A DNA stretch of 64,000 nt, taken from contig CAISZI010000053.1 in assembly GCA_903889905.1 (NCBI GenBank), positions 10,599-74,598 on the forward strand, in the 5' to 3' direction. This DNA comes from Candidatus Wirthbacteria bacterium (lineage in GTDB: Bacteria; Patescibacteriota; CG2-30-54-11). The notes beneath the pieces were generated by a model. The model did not search any database, had not been told where the DNA came from, and saw only the letters and a program-made list of their open reading frames with translations. Below are positions 28,728-38,873 of this stretch, piece by piece. Position 1 is the first letter of the stretch. The number at the start of each line of letters is the position of its first letter. Made by a program: the position numbers and the translations under genes.

Positions 28728-30025
28728 CAGGCCACTTCCTTGGAATTCTTGTTGACCAGCTTGGGTTTGGTGCCGGTCAGGATAACTTTTTCATCAACAA
28801 TACATTCCTGTACCGGCTGCTCAAAGGGCATCTCAAACATGATGTCCATCAGGTTTTTTTCCATGATTGTGCGCAGGCTGCGGGCGCCGGTCTTCTGCTT
28901 GCGGGCCATTTGCGTGATGGCCGTGAGCGCGTCAGGGGTAAAAGTCAGTTTGACGTTTTCGAGTTCAAACAGGCGTTCAAATTGTTTGACCAGGGCGTTT
29001 TTGGGTTCGGTCAGGACACGGATCATCTCGGCTTCGGACAACATGTAGAGTGGCGCGATCACCGGGAGTCGTCCGACCAGTTCTGGAATCAAGCCAAAGT
29101 GCAGCAAATCGTCGGAGGTGATGTGGCTGAGAATGCGGAATTTTTCTTCGGTCTGCTGTTCCTTGGACGGGAGTTTGGCGCCAAAGCCAATACTGCCGGT
29201 GCGGTCGAGGCGGTGTTCGATGATTTCGTCGATTTTCTCGAATGCGCCACCGACGATAAAGAGGATGTCGGCGGTGTTGATCTTGATGTATTCAGCCTGG
29301 GGATGTTTGCGGCCGCCATGCATGGGGACGTTGGCGACCGTGCCTTCAACGATTTTGAGCAACGCCTGTTGCACGCCTTCGCCCGAGACGTCACGAGTGA
29401 TGGAGGGGTTGTCGCCTTTGCGGCCGATTTTGTCGATTTCATCAATGTAGACAATGCCTTTTTCGGCGCGCTCGACATTGCCGTCCGCCGCGATCAGCAA
29501 GCCAAGCAGGATGTTTTCAACGTCTTCACCGACGTAGCCTGCTTCGGTCAACGTTGTCGCATCGGCAATGGAAAACGGAACATTGAGGATTTTGGCCAGC
29601 GTTTGGGCAATCAGTGTCTTGCCACTGCCGGTCGGGCCGACTAGGACGATGTTGCTTTTCTGGATTTCGACGTCGCTACGTTTGAGTTCGTGTTTGTGTT
29701 TGATGCGTTTGTAGTGGTTGTAGACGGCCACGGAGAGGATTTTTTTGGCTTCGTCCTGGCCAATGATGTATTCGCACATTTGTTTAAATATCTGTTTGGG
29801 CGTGTGCAACGTGGGGTTGAAGTCCATGGCTTTGTCGGTGGCTTTGGCCGAGACGCGTAAGGCTTCCTGGCCCATGCGCAGGCATTCGCCGCAAATATAA
29901 ACGCCGTCCTGGCCCTTGACCAGTGGACCGGCGTAGAGTGAGCTGCGATTGCAAAACGAACAGCGGTGTTCTGGTGCTGGTTTATCAGTCATGGGGTGCT
30001 CAATTGATGAATATAAATTTGACAA
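28727..30025 (-). CDS. clpX: ATP-dependent Clp protease ATP-binding subunit ClpX
   Basis: N-terminal zinc finger CSFC...CGEC and Walker A GPTGSGKT. Start may be the internal Met MTDKP. Confidence 0.9.
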   Translation of the reverse strand: MSNLYSSIEHPMTDKPAPEHRCSFCNRSSLYAGPLVKGQDGVYICGECLRMGQEALRVSAKATDKAMDFNPTLHTPKQIFKQMCEYIIGQDEAKKILSVAVYNHYKRIKHKHELKRSDVEIQKSNIVLVGPTGSGKTLIAQTLAKILNVPFSIADATTLTEAGYVGEDVENILLGLLIAADGNVERAEKGIVYIDEIDKIGRKGDNPSITRDVSGEGVQQALLKIVEGTVANVPMHGGRKHPQAEYIKINTADILFIVGGAFEKIDEIIEHRLDRTGSIGFGAKLPSKEQQTEEKFRILSHITSDDLLHFGLIPELVGRLPVIAPLYMLSEAEMIRVLTEPKNALVKQFERLFELENVKLTFTPDALTAITQMARKQKTGARSLRTIMEKNLMDIMFEMPFEQPVQECIVDEKVILTGTKPKLVNKNSKEVA

Positions 30026-30052
30026 AACCGGGCGATGAATCAGTCTGAAAAC

Positions 30053-30637
30053 TTATTGGTGCTCGACCACTTTGTCGATCAGGCCGTAGGCAATGGCTTC
30101 TTCGGCACTCATAAAGAAATTACGGTCTGTGTCTTTTTCGATTTGCTTGAGGGCTTTGCCGGTGTGCCTGGAGAGAATCTCGTTCAACACTTTTTTGAGT
30201 CTGACGCCTTCGCGTGTGGCAATTTCCATGTCCGTGATCTGGCCCTGGATGCCGCTAAGAGGTTGATGGATCATGATGCGGGAATTGGGCAGCGAGGCAC
30301 GTTTGCCTTTGGCGCCACCACTGAGGATAATCGCTGCCATGGAAGCTGCCTGACCGATGCAGATGGTGCTGACCGGGCATTTGAGGTACTGCATGGTGTC
30401 GTAAATCGCGAGTCCCGCCGTGACCGAGCCGCCGGGTGAGTTGATATAGACGTTGATTTCTTTCTGGGCGCTTTCGGATGCGAGGAAAAGCAGCTGGGCA
30501 ATGACCAGGTTGGCGTATTCGTCGGTAATCTCGCGTTCGAGGAAGATGATGCGGTCTTTGAGTAAACGCGAATAAATGTCATATGCGCGTTCGCCACCAG
30601 GTGTTTTTTCCACTACCATCGGGACTAGATAGGACAT
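30053..30637 (-). CDS. clpP: ATP-dependent Clp protease proteolytic subunit ClpP
   Basis: Catalytic Ser block [11 protein letters not shown] and His/Asp blocks. Confidence 0.9.
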   Translation of the reverse strand: MSYLVPMVVEKTPGGERAYDIYSRLLKDRIIFLEREITDEYANLVIAQLLFLASESAQKEINVYINSPGGSVTAGLAIYDTMQYLKCPVSTICIGQAASMAAIILSGGAKGKRASLPNSRIMIHQPLSGIQGQITDMEIATREGVRLKKVLNEILSRHTGKALKQIEKDTDRNFFMSAEEAIAYGLIDKVVEHQ

Positions 30638-30798
30638 GTTTGACCCCCTTTAAGTTCTTAGCATTCTAGCATGAAAGCAGGCTATATGCCAGACAAATAA
30701 TGAGCACAGTATAGAGTTTTTGGTCGATAAAATAAATGATCTGGTTGCCCGGAAAAGTTTGGGATATGATGACGATAGGTTAATTTCAAGGAGAAAAC

Positions 30799-31116
30799 AT
30801 GAAAAACGAAACAAACGAGGCTGAATTGTTGCTAAAAATTGAAAAAGTAGCCAGAGAAGAAGTCATTGACTTGATTATGGAGACATTGAGCGCAGCAGAC
30901 CTGGAAGCATTGAATGACGAACTGCTGCGTGGTGCTGATGAACAGGCGGTGATGGTTTTTTTGCACGCCCATATTCCCGACCTGGAAGAGCGTGTTCAGG
31001 TGCGGATCGTTGAACTCAAGGAGGAGATATTGGGCGAAGCCAAAGAGCTTGCGGCAGCGCAACCGGAAAAACCTTTGTCAAAAAATACTGCCAAAAAGAG
31101 AGCAGTTAAAAAATAA
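30799..31116 (+). CDS. acidic hypothetical protein (105 aa) with a lysine-rich tail
   Basis: RBS AAGGAGAAAAC before the ATG. Confidence 0.5.
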   Translation: MKNETNEAELLLKIEKVAREEVIDLIMETLSAADLEALNDELLRGADEQAVMVFLHAHIPDLEERVQVRIVELKEEILGEAKELAAAQPEKPLSKNTAKKRAVKK

Positions 31117-31179
31117 TTACCCTTGTGGCGTGCACGAATCAATCTGATGCCGGCTTTGTCAGGAATCAGCTTCTAGTGA

Positions 31180-31312
31180 GGCTTTTTCCAGCCAGTGGAA
31201 GCCTCTCAGTCTTCTCCTCCCCTTGGGGGGAGGATGCAGAGAGAGGGGAATTCCGAAAAAGAATCCCCTCTCTCTGTCTCTCTCCCAAAGGGAGAGAGGA
31301 AGTTAGGTAAAC
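31180..31312. repeat. cluster of four consecutive purine/pyrimidine-rich hairpins
   Basis: gaggctt/aagcctc; tcctcccc/ggggagga; gagagagggg/cccctctctc (10 bp); ctctctccc/gggagagag. Lies between convergent genes. Confidence 0.55.
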
Positions 31313-32343
31313 AAACTCCATTCGCTTTGGAGCACGGCGAGTTCTTCGCCAAGCAGGTTGGTATCGGTGTTGGTCAGCCGGTCGTGGTAGGGTTTGCGGG
31401 CCATGTCGGCAATGGCGCGATCCAGGGGCTTGTTGCTGTAACTGGCCAATAGGAGTTTGGGGGAAACCGTTTTAAAGCTATCCGATGATGGGTTTACCAC
31501 CGCTTGTGCGGCGTCCACCACGTGCAGTATGTCGGGCAAAAGGTTGCTACTGGTGCGGTAATTGAGCATTTTTTCCAAATTGTGGCCAAGTTGTCCCGGC
31601 AGCAGCGTCGCCAGGGATTCGGTTATGGGTGCCATGGCTTTGTGAGTAGGAATTTTGAGTATGGGTAAATGCACCATAAAATTGGCATGCAACACAGTCT
31701 GTGGTATATCAAACAAAACATTTTGGTCGGGGATGGATTCGTGGGCTTCGGTCGTCAGGTTTATCCATGCGTACGTTTGGGCAAGCTCAGCAAAACCGGA
31801 TGTCGTTAGGATACTGTCAACGTCAGCGTCGCGTGGCAGGCGATCAACCAGCGTGATCTGGTCTTGACCCGCACCGTTGGTGTGGAGCCAGGCGATCATC
31901 AATCGGGCCAGTTCCGGTGAAGTGAGGAGCGGGCATGATTCGGTTGGGGTGAGGGTGACCTTGAGCAGGATTTTTTGTGCGGGATCAAACGTGCGGGTTG
32001 GGAAAAGTGTCAACAGTGTCTGTAGCGTGGCCTCAAAGTCGTAGCCGATTTTTTGCAAAGCGACACCGGTTTTGAGGTCGAGTTTGCCGCTGGGCCAATC
32101 CAGGGTTTGTCCGATTTCATAGGTTTTAAAAGTTTTGCGGGTATGGGTCTGGCCGTGTTCGTCCTCGAGCAGAAGCACTGCATAAGGAACCTTGGGGTTT
32201 TGCACTGAAGCAATGTTGACGTTAGTAATGCCCACGATCTTGAAATGCTGCGGCAGGATGTGCTCAACGTTGTGGTGGCAATAAACGCACTCGTGCAGCG
32301 GGTAGTACCAGACCAGATTGCATGTGGGGCAGCGGTAGTACAT
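31303..32343 (-). CDS. DUF35-like zinc-ribbon protein with a long C-terminal extension (347 aa)
   Basis: Start set at MYYRCPTCNLVWYYPLHECVYCHH, 2 nt after the thiolase stop. The listed ORF continues upstream only because that frame is open. Confidence 0.5.
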   Translation of the reverse strand: MYYRCPTCNLVWYYPLHECVYCHHNVEHILPQHFKIVGITNVNIASVQNPKVPYAVLLLEDEHGQTHTRKTFKTYEIGQTLDWPSGKLDLKTGVALQKIGYDFEATLQTLLTLFPTRTFDPAQKILLKVTLTPTESCPLLTSPELARLMIAWLHTNGAGQDQITLVDRLPRDADVDSILTTSGFAELAQTYAWINLTTEAHESIPDQNVLFDIPQTVLHANFMVHLPILKIPTHKAMAPITESLATLLPGQLGHNLEKMLNYRTSSNLLPDILHVVDAAQAVVNPSSDSFKTVSPKLLLASYSNKPLDRAIADMARKPYHDRLTNTDTNLLGEELAVLQSEWSLFT

Positions 32344-32345
32344 GG

Positions 32346-33479
32346 TTAGTCGTTCCTCAGGATATGGACGGAGCAGCTGCCTACCAGCGAACCGATGTTG
32401 AGCGCCAGGCCGATTTTGTTTTTGGCTACCTGACGTGCACCGCCTTCGCCACGTAATTGACGTGCGATCTCGGCCACTTGCCGTACGCCGGTGGCGCCCA
32501 GCGGATGGCCGCAGGCCTTTAGTCCACCTGAGGGGTTGATCGGGAGTTGCCCCGTGAGCTGTGTCTTGCCGTCTTGCGTCCATGCAAACGCCTTGCCCAT
32601 GGGGCAGAGTCCGGCATTTTCCATGGCGACCAGTTCGACCACCGTGAAACCGTCATGCAGTTCAGCCACCTGAATCTGATTGGGTTGGAGGTTGGCTTGC
32701 TGGTAAGCTTGTTTGACACAATGCTGGATTTCCAGTCGGTTCGTGGGGTCTTTGTCCTGAGCAAAGTTGAGGTGGTTGGTGGCAAAGGTGGAGGCAGCAA
32801 TGCGGATGGAGCGGGGACCCCGTTGCTGGCGTTCCAGAATGACGCAAGCAGCACCATCGGCATTGGCGCTGCAGTCAAACAGTCGAAGTGGCGAACAAAT
32901 GACGCGGGAGGCTTTGATCTGGTCAAGGGTAACGGTTTTGTCATAAAACATGGCGTCGGGATTGAGGTTGCCATTGTGGTGGTTTTTGAGTGCTACCTGT
33001 GCCAGGTCGTCGGTAGTGGCGCTGTATTTTTGTAAATATCGGGTCGCGAGCAGTGCGCCGGCAGCCGGGAAAATAATGCCTTCACGCTGGTCCAATTCGC
33101 AGTCTGCATCCGTGGCCACCATGTCCAGAAGTTCTGAGCTGGAGGTTGTTGTCATTTTTTCCACACCCAGTACGGCAATGCGGGCATAGGTTTTGAGCGC
33201 AAGACAAGCCTGGTGCATAGCCGCCCCGCCACTGCCGCAGGCGGCTTCCAGGTTAAAAATCGGCAGGAATTTGCCCGGCAGATAGCCAGAGAGGATGGCG
33301 CTGAGGTGACTTTGGTGGTGGGTTTGCTGGCTTAAATTGTTACTAATGTAAATGGCTTCCAGTTCACTCAGTTCAAGTCCACTGTCCTGCAGCGCTGCCT
33401 GCAGCGAACCAAGCATCATTGCGGGCAGGGGCAGGGGCGAATAACCGAATTTGGAAACCGACAGTCCCGTTACAAACAT
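32346..33479 (-). CDS. thiolase-like condensing enzyme (SCP-x/archaeal-type thiolase family)
   Basis: Catalytic Cys context EAACGSGGAAM and C-terminal GHPLGATG. Confidence 0.75.
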   Translation of the reverse strand: MFVTGLSVSKFGYSPLPLPAMMLGSLQAALQDSGLELSELEAIYISNNLSQQTHHQSHLSAILSGYLPGKFLPIFNLEAACGSGGAAMHQACLALKTYARIAVLGVEKMTTTSSSELLDMVATDADCELDQREGIIFPAAGALLATRYLQKYSATTDDLAQVALKNHHNGNLNPDAMFYDKTVTLDQIKASRVICSPLRLFDCSANADGAACVILERQQRGPRSIRIAASTFATNHLNFAQDKDPTNRLEIQHCVKQAYQQANLQPNQIQVAELHDGFTVVELVAMENAGLCPMGKAFAWTQDGKTQLTGQLPINPSGGLKACGHPLGATGVRQVAEIARQLRGEGGARQVAKNKIGLALNIGSLVGSCSVHILRND

Positions 33480-33507
33480 TGTTTTTGGTCTTGGCTAAAA
33501 ATGAGGT

Positions 33508-34452
33508 TTAGACAGTGGACTCGGCTTTGGCGCTGATGTGCAAAATCGTACGGTAAGCCAGGGTTGACCCGGCAAAGGCGATGACCGCATAGAGCGACCC
33601 GATGATGGCGTCAAACAAGTAATGTTCGCCCAGGTAGAGCACGGTAAAAAGCATGCCAAGGCAGGCAATGGCGGAAATCAGGGCGCCTTTCCATTTGTAG
33701 GTGACCGACAAATAGAGCGCTGGAAAAACAACAAACGCCATATGCATGGAAGGCACGGCGGCGGTCGGGTGCTGGTTAATATTGCTGTAGAGGTTGTTGA
33801 TAAATCCCAGGCCAACAGTCTGGTAAAAATTGAGCAGAATGCGGCTGATCGGTGGCAGGTAGCCTTCGGTGCTGGCCAGCCAGGGTGGCATGGCAGGATA
33901 AAGCAGATAGGTGACAAATCCCATGAAATTCAGCATAAACATGCCGAGCAGGTATTTTTGAAAAATTTCCATTTTTTGCCGGAGCAGCAGGAAAATGCCG
34001 ATCACGTAGGGAATACCCAGTCCGGCAAAATAGAACACGGCGGCCATGGCGTCGTACCAGTGAAATCGTCCGGGGGTGAAAAGCAGTGACTGCAGCTTGA
34101 TGGCCGGGATAAAGGGAATGATGTGGTGTTCGAAGGCAATCACATCCTGGATGTGCACATGCGTCGCTTCACCCACGATTGAGGTGGTAAAGCGGTAAGC
34201 GAGTCCGAGGATGACAAACGGAAAGACTGCAATTTTGATAAAAGGGGGTGTGCGGCGATACAGGTAAATTCCCATGGCCACGATCAGCCAGAGAAATTCA
34301 CCAGGCAGTGGAATGTCTTTGAGCAGTGAAAAACTGATAAAAAAACAGACATACAAAAAAGTCAGAAAAAAAAGAAAATAATGCAGCAGGGGCGGAATCT
34401 CAGCCGAGAGCCGGTTGAGCTCCTTGACCTTGGTGACTGGGTTTAAGTTCAT
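33508..34452 (-). CDS. PAP2-superfamily-like integral membrane protein
   Basis: 6-7 TM helices. PSMH and H-YLFD resemble PAP2 motifs 2 and 3. Confidence 0.45.
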   Translation of the reverse strand: MNLNPVTKVKELNRLSAEIPPLLHYFLFFLTFLYVCFFISFSLLKDIPLPGEFLWLIVAMGIYLYRRTPPFIKIAVFPFVILGLAYRFTTSIVGEATHVHIQDVIAFEHHIIPFIPAIKLQSLLFTPGRFHWYDAMAAVFYFAGLGIPYVIGIFLLLRQKMEIFQKYLLGMFMLNFMGFVTYLLYPAMPPWLASTEGYLPPISRILLNFYQTVGLGFINNLYSNINQHPTAAVPSMHMAFVVFPALYLSVTYKWKGALISAIACLGMLFTVLYLGEHYLFDAIIGSLYAVIAFAGSTLAYRTILHISAKAESTV

Positions 34453-34507
34453 GCTGCACTTTGTTGATGTTAAGTGCGGCTATTATAGGTGCGTTACCTG
34501 TTTTTGG

Positions 34508-35050
34508 CTAGTTGAAAAACTGACGCGCAAAGTTGCTGGCAAAGATTTCGGCCGGGGACTGCGTTGCATCGGTTGTGGCGCTGTCGCTGTAGGTGGGGTT
34601 ATACCATGTGGCGCAGTTATGGATAGCGTGCTCTTGGCAGAATTGATCCCGGTCGTGGCTGTTCATCAGGGCGTGGTCTGCGATATGGCCAAGCTCGTGG
34701 GCCAGGACGGCGGCGAGCGTGGCATCCGGACATTTGTTTTGCAGGTAAATGGTTTGGGTCGACGTTTGGGTGTAGGCACAATAGGGTGAAGCGGTGAGCG
34801 GACTGATTGCTATCGGACCAAGGGCGGTCCAGTCGTAATTGGCACTGCCGAAAAAGGCACGGATTTGTTGCTGCAGGGACGGGTCGATGTTGGCGGCAAT
34901 ACTGATATTGGCGGGAAGTTCAGCCTGGGTTGCGACTTGGGTTGGTTTGGGTTGGGCAAAGAGTGACGCCAGCGCTACGGTCGGTAAAACCAGGGTTGCT
35001 GTGATCAGAGTGCCAATCAGGATGCTAATGCCGAAACGCCAGATGAACAT
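34508..35050 (-). CDS. membrane-anchored HExxH zinc-metallopeptidase-like protein
   Basis: N-terminal TM, then VLAHELGHIADH. Confidence 0.5.
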   Translation of the reverse strand: MFIWRFGISILIGTLITATLVLPTVALASLFAQPKPTQVATQAELPANISIAANIDPSLQQQIRAFFGSANYDWTALGPIAISPLTASPYCAYTQTSTQTIYLQNKCPDATLAAVLAHELGHIADHALMNSHDRDQFCQEHAIHNCATWYNPTYSDSATTDATQSPAEIFASNFARQFFN

Positions 35051-35147
35051 ATTAATGCCTACAAAAAATCCCCCGGCATGTGGCAGGAGGATTGGTTTTG
35101 GTTTAAGGTCGGCGTTATTGTAGAGAATGGCGCTTTAATTTGTCAAA

Positions 35148-35801
35148 TTATTTGATCTGTTCGAGGTCTTCGGGTTTGGCGATCACGATCAGGCCGTTTT
35201 GGTAGTGAATCAGTTTCATTTTTTTGAGATTGGTCATGGCCTGGCTGATGCTGACCCGTGTCATGCCAAGCCAGCTGGCCAGATGGTCATGCGTAAAGGG
35301 AATACTGATCATGATTTCCTTGCCTTCGGGTTTGCCGAATTGTTTGGCCAGGTACGCCAGCAGAGAGGCGGTTTTGCCCAGGGCGCGATCAAAGACCAGA
35401 TGCTCGATCTTGGTGGTATATCCTTTGAGGCCAAACAGGATGCGGGACATCAGGGCAAGCAGAACATCCGGGTTTTCTTCCAGAAAAAGCATGACATCTT
35501 TGGAAGGTGCCCGGTAAATCACCGCGTCACCCAGTGCTTCATAATAGTAATCATTGGCTTCTTCGTTGATGGCCCAGGCAATCGGGAAAAAAGCGCCTGG
35601 TTTGAAGGCATGCAGTGTCAGTTCTTCACCTTCGGGGGAAATACTGAACAGGCGCACAATGCCACTTTGGATATAGGAGATTCCTGAGGGGATGTCGTGG
35701 GCCCGCAAAATCATGTCCCCTTTTTTGTACTGAATGACCTGGTGGGACGTGAAAAACTTTTCGATTTTATCAATGATTTTTTGGTCCGACGTATTGGTCA
35801 T
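35148..35801 (-). CDS. Crp/Fnr family transcriptional regulator
   Basis: cNMP-binding beta-barrel plus a C-terminal HTH (TRVSISQAMTNLKK). Divergent from nrdD. Confidence 0.85.
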   Translation of the reverse strand: MTNTSDQKIIDKIEKFFTSHQVIQYKKGDMILRAHDIPSGISYIQSGIVRLFSISPEGEELTLHAFKPGAFFPIAWAINEEANDYYYEALGDAVIYRAPSKDVMLFLEENPDVLLALMSRILFGLKGYTTKIEHLVFDRALGKTASLLAYLAKQFGKPEGKEIMISIPFTHDHLASWLGMTRVSISQAMTNLKKMKLIHYQNGLIVIAKPEDLEQIK

Positions 35802-35931
35802 ATCCGGCCGCCATTAGGGGCTAAAATCGTCAGGCGGCAGTATAGCACAAGATTTTTTTATTGTAAAAAAGTTTACCCGAGATAGGTAAAGCGATTGACT
35901 GAAAGGCACAGGTGAAATGTAGATACTCTTG

Positions 35932-35979
35932 CCACAATATCTTGTGTCCAAAACGCCAGCCAGACACTACATCCTGTGT
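35932..35979. promoter_or_regulatory. two NrdR-box-like palindromes 32 bp apart, upstream of nrdD
   Basis: CCACAATATCTTGTGT (35932-35947) and ACACTACATCCTGTGT (35964-35979). The centre-to-centre spacing of 32 bp matches tandem NrdR boxes. Confidence 0.5.
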
Positions 35980-36006
35980 TAACTCGGCAAAACCAAAATT
36001 AGTTTT

Positions 36007-38178
36007 ATGTCTTCATGGAGTCAAGTAATGATAAACAAAATCACCAAAAGAAACGGTAAACTCGTGGATTTCGTACCCGAGAAAATTACCAAAGCGATTA
36101 CCGCCGCTGGCAAGGAAACAAAGGAGTTTGACGACAAGATCGGCAAACGTCTTACGCTCAAAGTGCTCAATGTGCTGACCGAGCTCGCCCAGAATGATGC
36201 ACCCACTGTGGAAATGGTGCAAGACGTGGTTGAGGAAGTTTTGCTTTCCTCGCCTTACAAGCAAACGGCCAAGGCCTACATCCTTTACCGTGAACAGCAT
36301 AACCAGATCCGCGAAATTGTTTCCCAGGCCGGTATTGAACTGATCGACCAGTATCTGGAGAAAATCGACTGGCAAGTCAAGGAAAATTCCAACATGGGGT
36401 ATTCGCTCCAGGGTCTCAATAATTATATCTCTTCTGAAACGTCCAAAATCTACTGGCTGAACAAGATTTACTCCCAGCCAATCAAAAAAGCGCACCTCGA
36501 AGGAGACTTCCATATCCATGATCTCAATTTGCTGTCGGTTTACTGCGTCGGTTGGGATTTGCAGGATTTGCTGATGATCGGCTTTACGGGTGCTGCTGGC
36601 AAAATCGAAAGCAGCCCGGCCAAACATTTTCGCAGCGCACTAGGTCAGGTCGTTAATTTTTTCTACACACTCCAGGGGGAAGCGGCCGGCGCCCAGGCCT
36701 TCTCGAGCTTTGACACGCTGCTTGCGCCCTTTATCCGTTATGACAACCTGGCTTATGAACAGGTCAAACAGTCGTTGCAGGAATTTGTCTTCAATATCAA
36801 TGTCCCCACCCGCGTCGGTTTCCAGACCCCGTTTACCAATATCACCATGGACCTCACAGTTCCCTCCATTTATGCCAAACAGCCGGTGATCATTGGCGGC
36901 AAACCCCAGAAAGAAACCTACAGCGACTTCCAAAAAGAAATGGACATGCTCAACCGTGCCTTCATGGAAGTCATGGTCGAAGGCGACGCCAAAGGTCGCG
37001 TCTTTACCTTTCCCATCCCCACCTACAACATCACCAAAGACTTTAACTGGGACAATCCGAATTTGGACATTCTCTGGGAGGCCACGGCCAAGTACGGTAT
37101 TCCTTATTTTAGCAACTTCGTCAATTCCGACCTCAAGCCCGAAGACGCCCGTTCCATGTGCTGCCGACTCCGCCTTGATACCCGACAGCTCGCGACCCGT
37201 GGTGGTGGTCTGTTTGGTGCCAATCCGCTCACCGGTTCTGTCGGTGTTGTCACCCTCAATATGCCGCGTCTTGGTCATCTCGCCACGTCTGAACAGGATT
37301 TCCTGGAAAAATTGGACCACCTCATGGTGCTGGCCAAAAACAGCCTCGAGACCAAACGCAAAGTGCTGGAAAGACTTACCGACGTCGGCCTCTATCCCTA
37401 CACCAAATTTTATCTGCGCCACATCAAGGAACGTTTCAATCAGTACTGGAAAAATCACTTTGCCACGATCGGCATTGTGGGCATGAATGAAGCGTCCGTC
37501 AATTTGAACGGGTATGGTATTGAGTCTGACCAAGGCAAGGCCTTTGCCCAGCGCGTGCTCACCTACATGCGTGATCGCCTGGTGCAGTTTCAGGAAGAAA
37601 CCGGTAATAACTACAACCTGGAAGCGACACCCGCGGAAGCCACCAGCTATCGTCTCGCCCGTCTGGACAAAGCCAAATTTCCCGAAATCCAGGTGGCCAA
37701 CGAAGAACAGTTCAAAGAAGGTGCTTCACCTTTTTACACCAATTCGACGCACCTCCCGGTGCAGACCACGGACGATCCCTTTGCCGCGTTGGATCACCAG
37801 GATTCAATCCAGACCCTCTACACCGGCGGCACTGTACTTCATCTTTTTGCCGGCGAACGCATTCAGCATGCTTCCAGTGTCAAAAATTTGGTCAACAAAG
37901 TCTGCAACACCTATCATCTGCCTTACTTCACCTTGACTCCCACCTTCAGCGTCTGCAATTCCCATGGCTATGTTTCCGGTGAACATTTCAACTGCCCGAC
38001 CTGCGGCAGCAGCTGCGAAGTCTACTCCCGCGTCGTGGGTTACATCCGCCCCGTGCAGCAATGGAACGAAGGCAAACAAGCCGAATTCGCCCTGCGCAAA
38101 ACCTATAAAATTGAAGACGGCCAGGTGGTGGCAGGACAGGAACTCAAAGTGGTGGACGCTGTCGCCAAAGTAGGCTAA
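36007..38178 (+). CDS. nrdD: anaerobic ribonucleoside-triphosphate reductase
   Basis: N-terminal ATP-cone (KITKRNGKLVDF), glycyl-radical region, and a C-terminal Zn site CPTCGSSC near the radical Gly. Alternative start at 36028. Confidence 0.9.
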   Translation: MSSWSQVMINKITKRNGKLVDFVPEKITKAITAAGKETKEFDDKIGKRLTLKVLNVLTELAQNDAPTVEMVQDVVEEVLLSSPYKQTAKAYILYREQHNQIREIVSQAGIELIDQYLEKIDWQVKENSNMGYSLQGLNNYISSETSKIYWLNKIYSQPIKKAHLEGDFHIHDLNLLSVYCVGWDLQDLLMIGFTGAAGKIESSPAKHFRSALGQVVNFFYTLQGEAAGAQAFSSFDTLLAPFIRYDNLAYEQVKQSLQEFVFNINVPTRVGFQTPFTNITMDLTVPSIYAKQPVIIGGKPQKETYSDFQKEMDMLNRAFMEVMVEGDAKGRVFTFPIPTYNITKDFNWDNPNLDILWEATAKYGIPYFSNFVNSDLKPEDARSMCCRLRLDTRQLATRGGGLFGANPLTGSVGVVTLNMPRLGHLATSEQDFLEKLDHLMVLAKNSLETKRKVLERLTDVGLYPYTKFYLRHIKERFNQYWKNHFATIGIVGMNEASVNLNGYGIESDQGKAFAQRVLTYMRDRLVQFQEETGNNYNLEATPAEATSYRLARLDKAKFPEIQVANEEQFKEGASPFYTNSTHLPVQTTDDPFAALDHQDSIQTLYTGGTVLHLFAGERIQHASSVKNLVNKVCNTYHLPYFTLTPTFSVCNSHGYVSGEHFNCPTCGSSCEVYSRVVGYIRPVQQWNEGKQAEFALRKTYKIEDGQVVAGQELKVVDAVAKVG

Positions 38179-38183
38179 ATCAT

Positions 38184-38873
38184 ATGGTCATCGCCGGTTT
38201 ACAACGTTTTTCACTGATCGATTTCCCCGGCCAGGTAGCAGCCATCGTGTTTACACAGGGCTGCTACTTTCGTTGTCCGTATTGCCACAATCCCGAACTC
38301 GTGCTGCCCGAGCAGTTTGGGCCGATGATCGAGGAAGAGACTGTTTTTGACTTTTTGCGCGCACGGATCGGCAAACTTGACGGGGTTGTTGTCACCGGCG
38401 GCGAACCGACGATGCAGAACGATTTGCCTAAATTTATACGCCGTGTCAAAGATCTGGGCATGCTGGTCAAACTCGATTCGTCGGGTGTGCGGCCAGATGT
38501 GCTGCAAACCCTTTTTGACGCCAAGCTGGTGGATTACGTCGCCATGGATATCAAAGCGCCGCTTCCGAAATACGAGGAAGTCGTGCAGGTCAGGGTTGAG
38601 CTTGAGGCCATACGACGCAGTATTTCGCTGGTTATGCAAAGTGGCGTCGATTATGAATTCCGCACGACGCTGGTTGAAGGCTTGCTGACACCGGACGACG
38701 TTCGTGCCATTGGCGAGGATATCTGTGGGGCCAAACGCTATTATTTGCAGAAGTTTGTTTCCACCAAAGCAGTGGATCGTAGCTATCTGGTACGCAAAAG
38801 TTTCGACAGCGGCACGCTCGCGTTGCTTTGCTTGGAGTTGCTGGCCAAAGTGGGGGAGTGCGAAGTGCGTTAG
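38184..38873 (+). CDS. nrdG: anaerobic RNR-activating radical-SAM protein
   Basis: CYFRCPYCHN radical-SAM cluster motif. Confidence 0.85.
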   Translation: MVIAGLQRFSLIDFPGQVAAIVFTQGCYFRCPYCHNPELVLPEQFGPMIEEETVFDFLRARIGKLDGVVVTGGEPTMQNDLPKFIRRVKDLGMLVKLDSSGVRPDVLQTLFDAKLVDYVAMDIKAPLPKYEEVVQVRVELEAIRRSISLVMQSGVDYEFRTTLVEGLLTPDDVRAIGEDICGAKRYYLQKFVSTKAVDRSYLVRKSFDSGTLALLCLELLAKVGECEVR

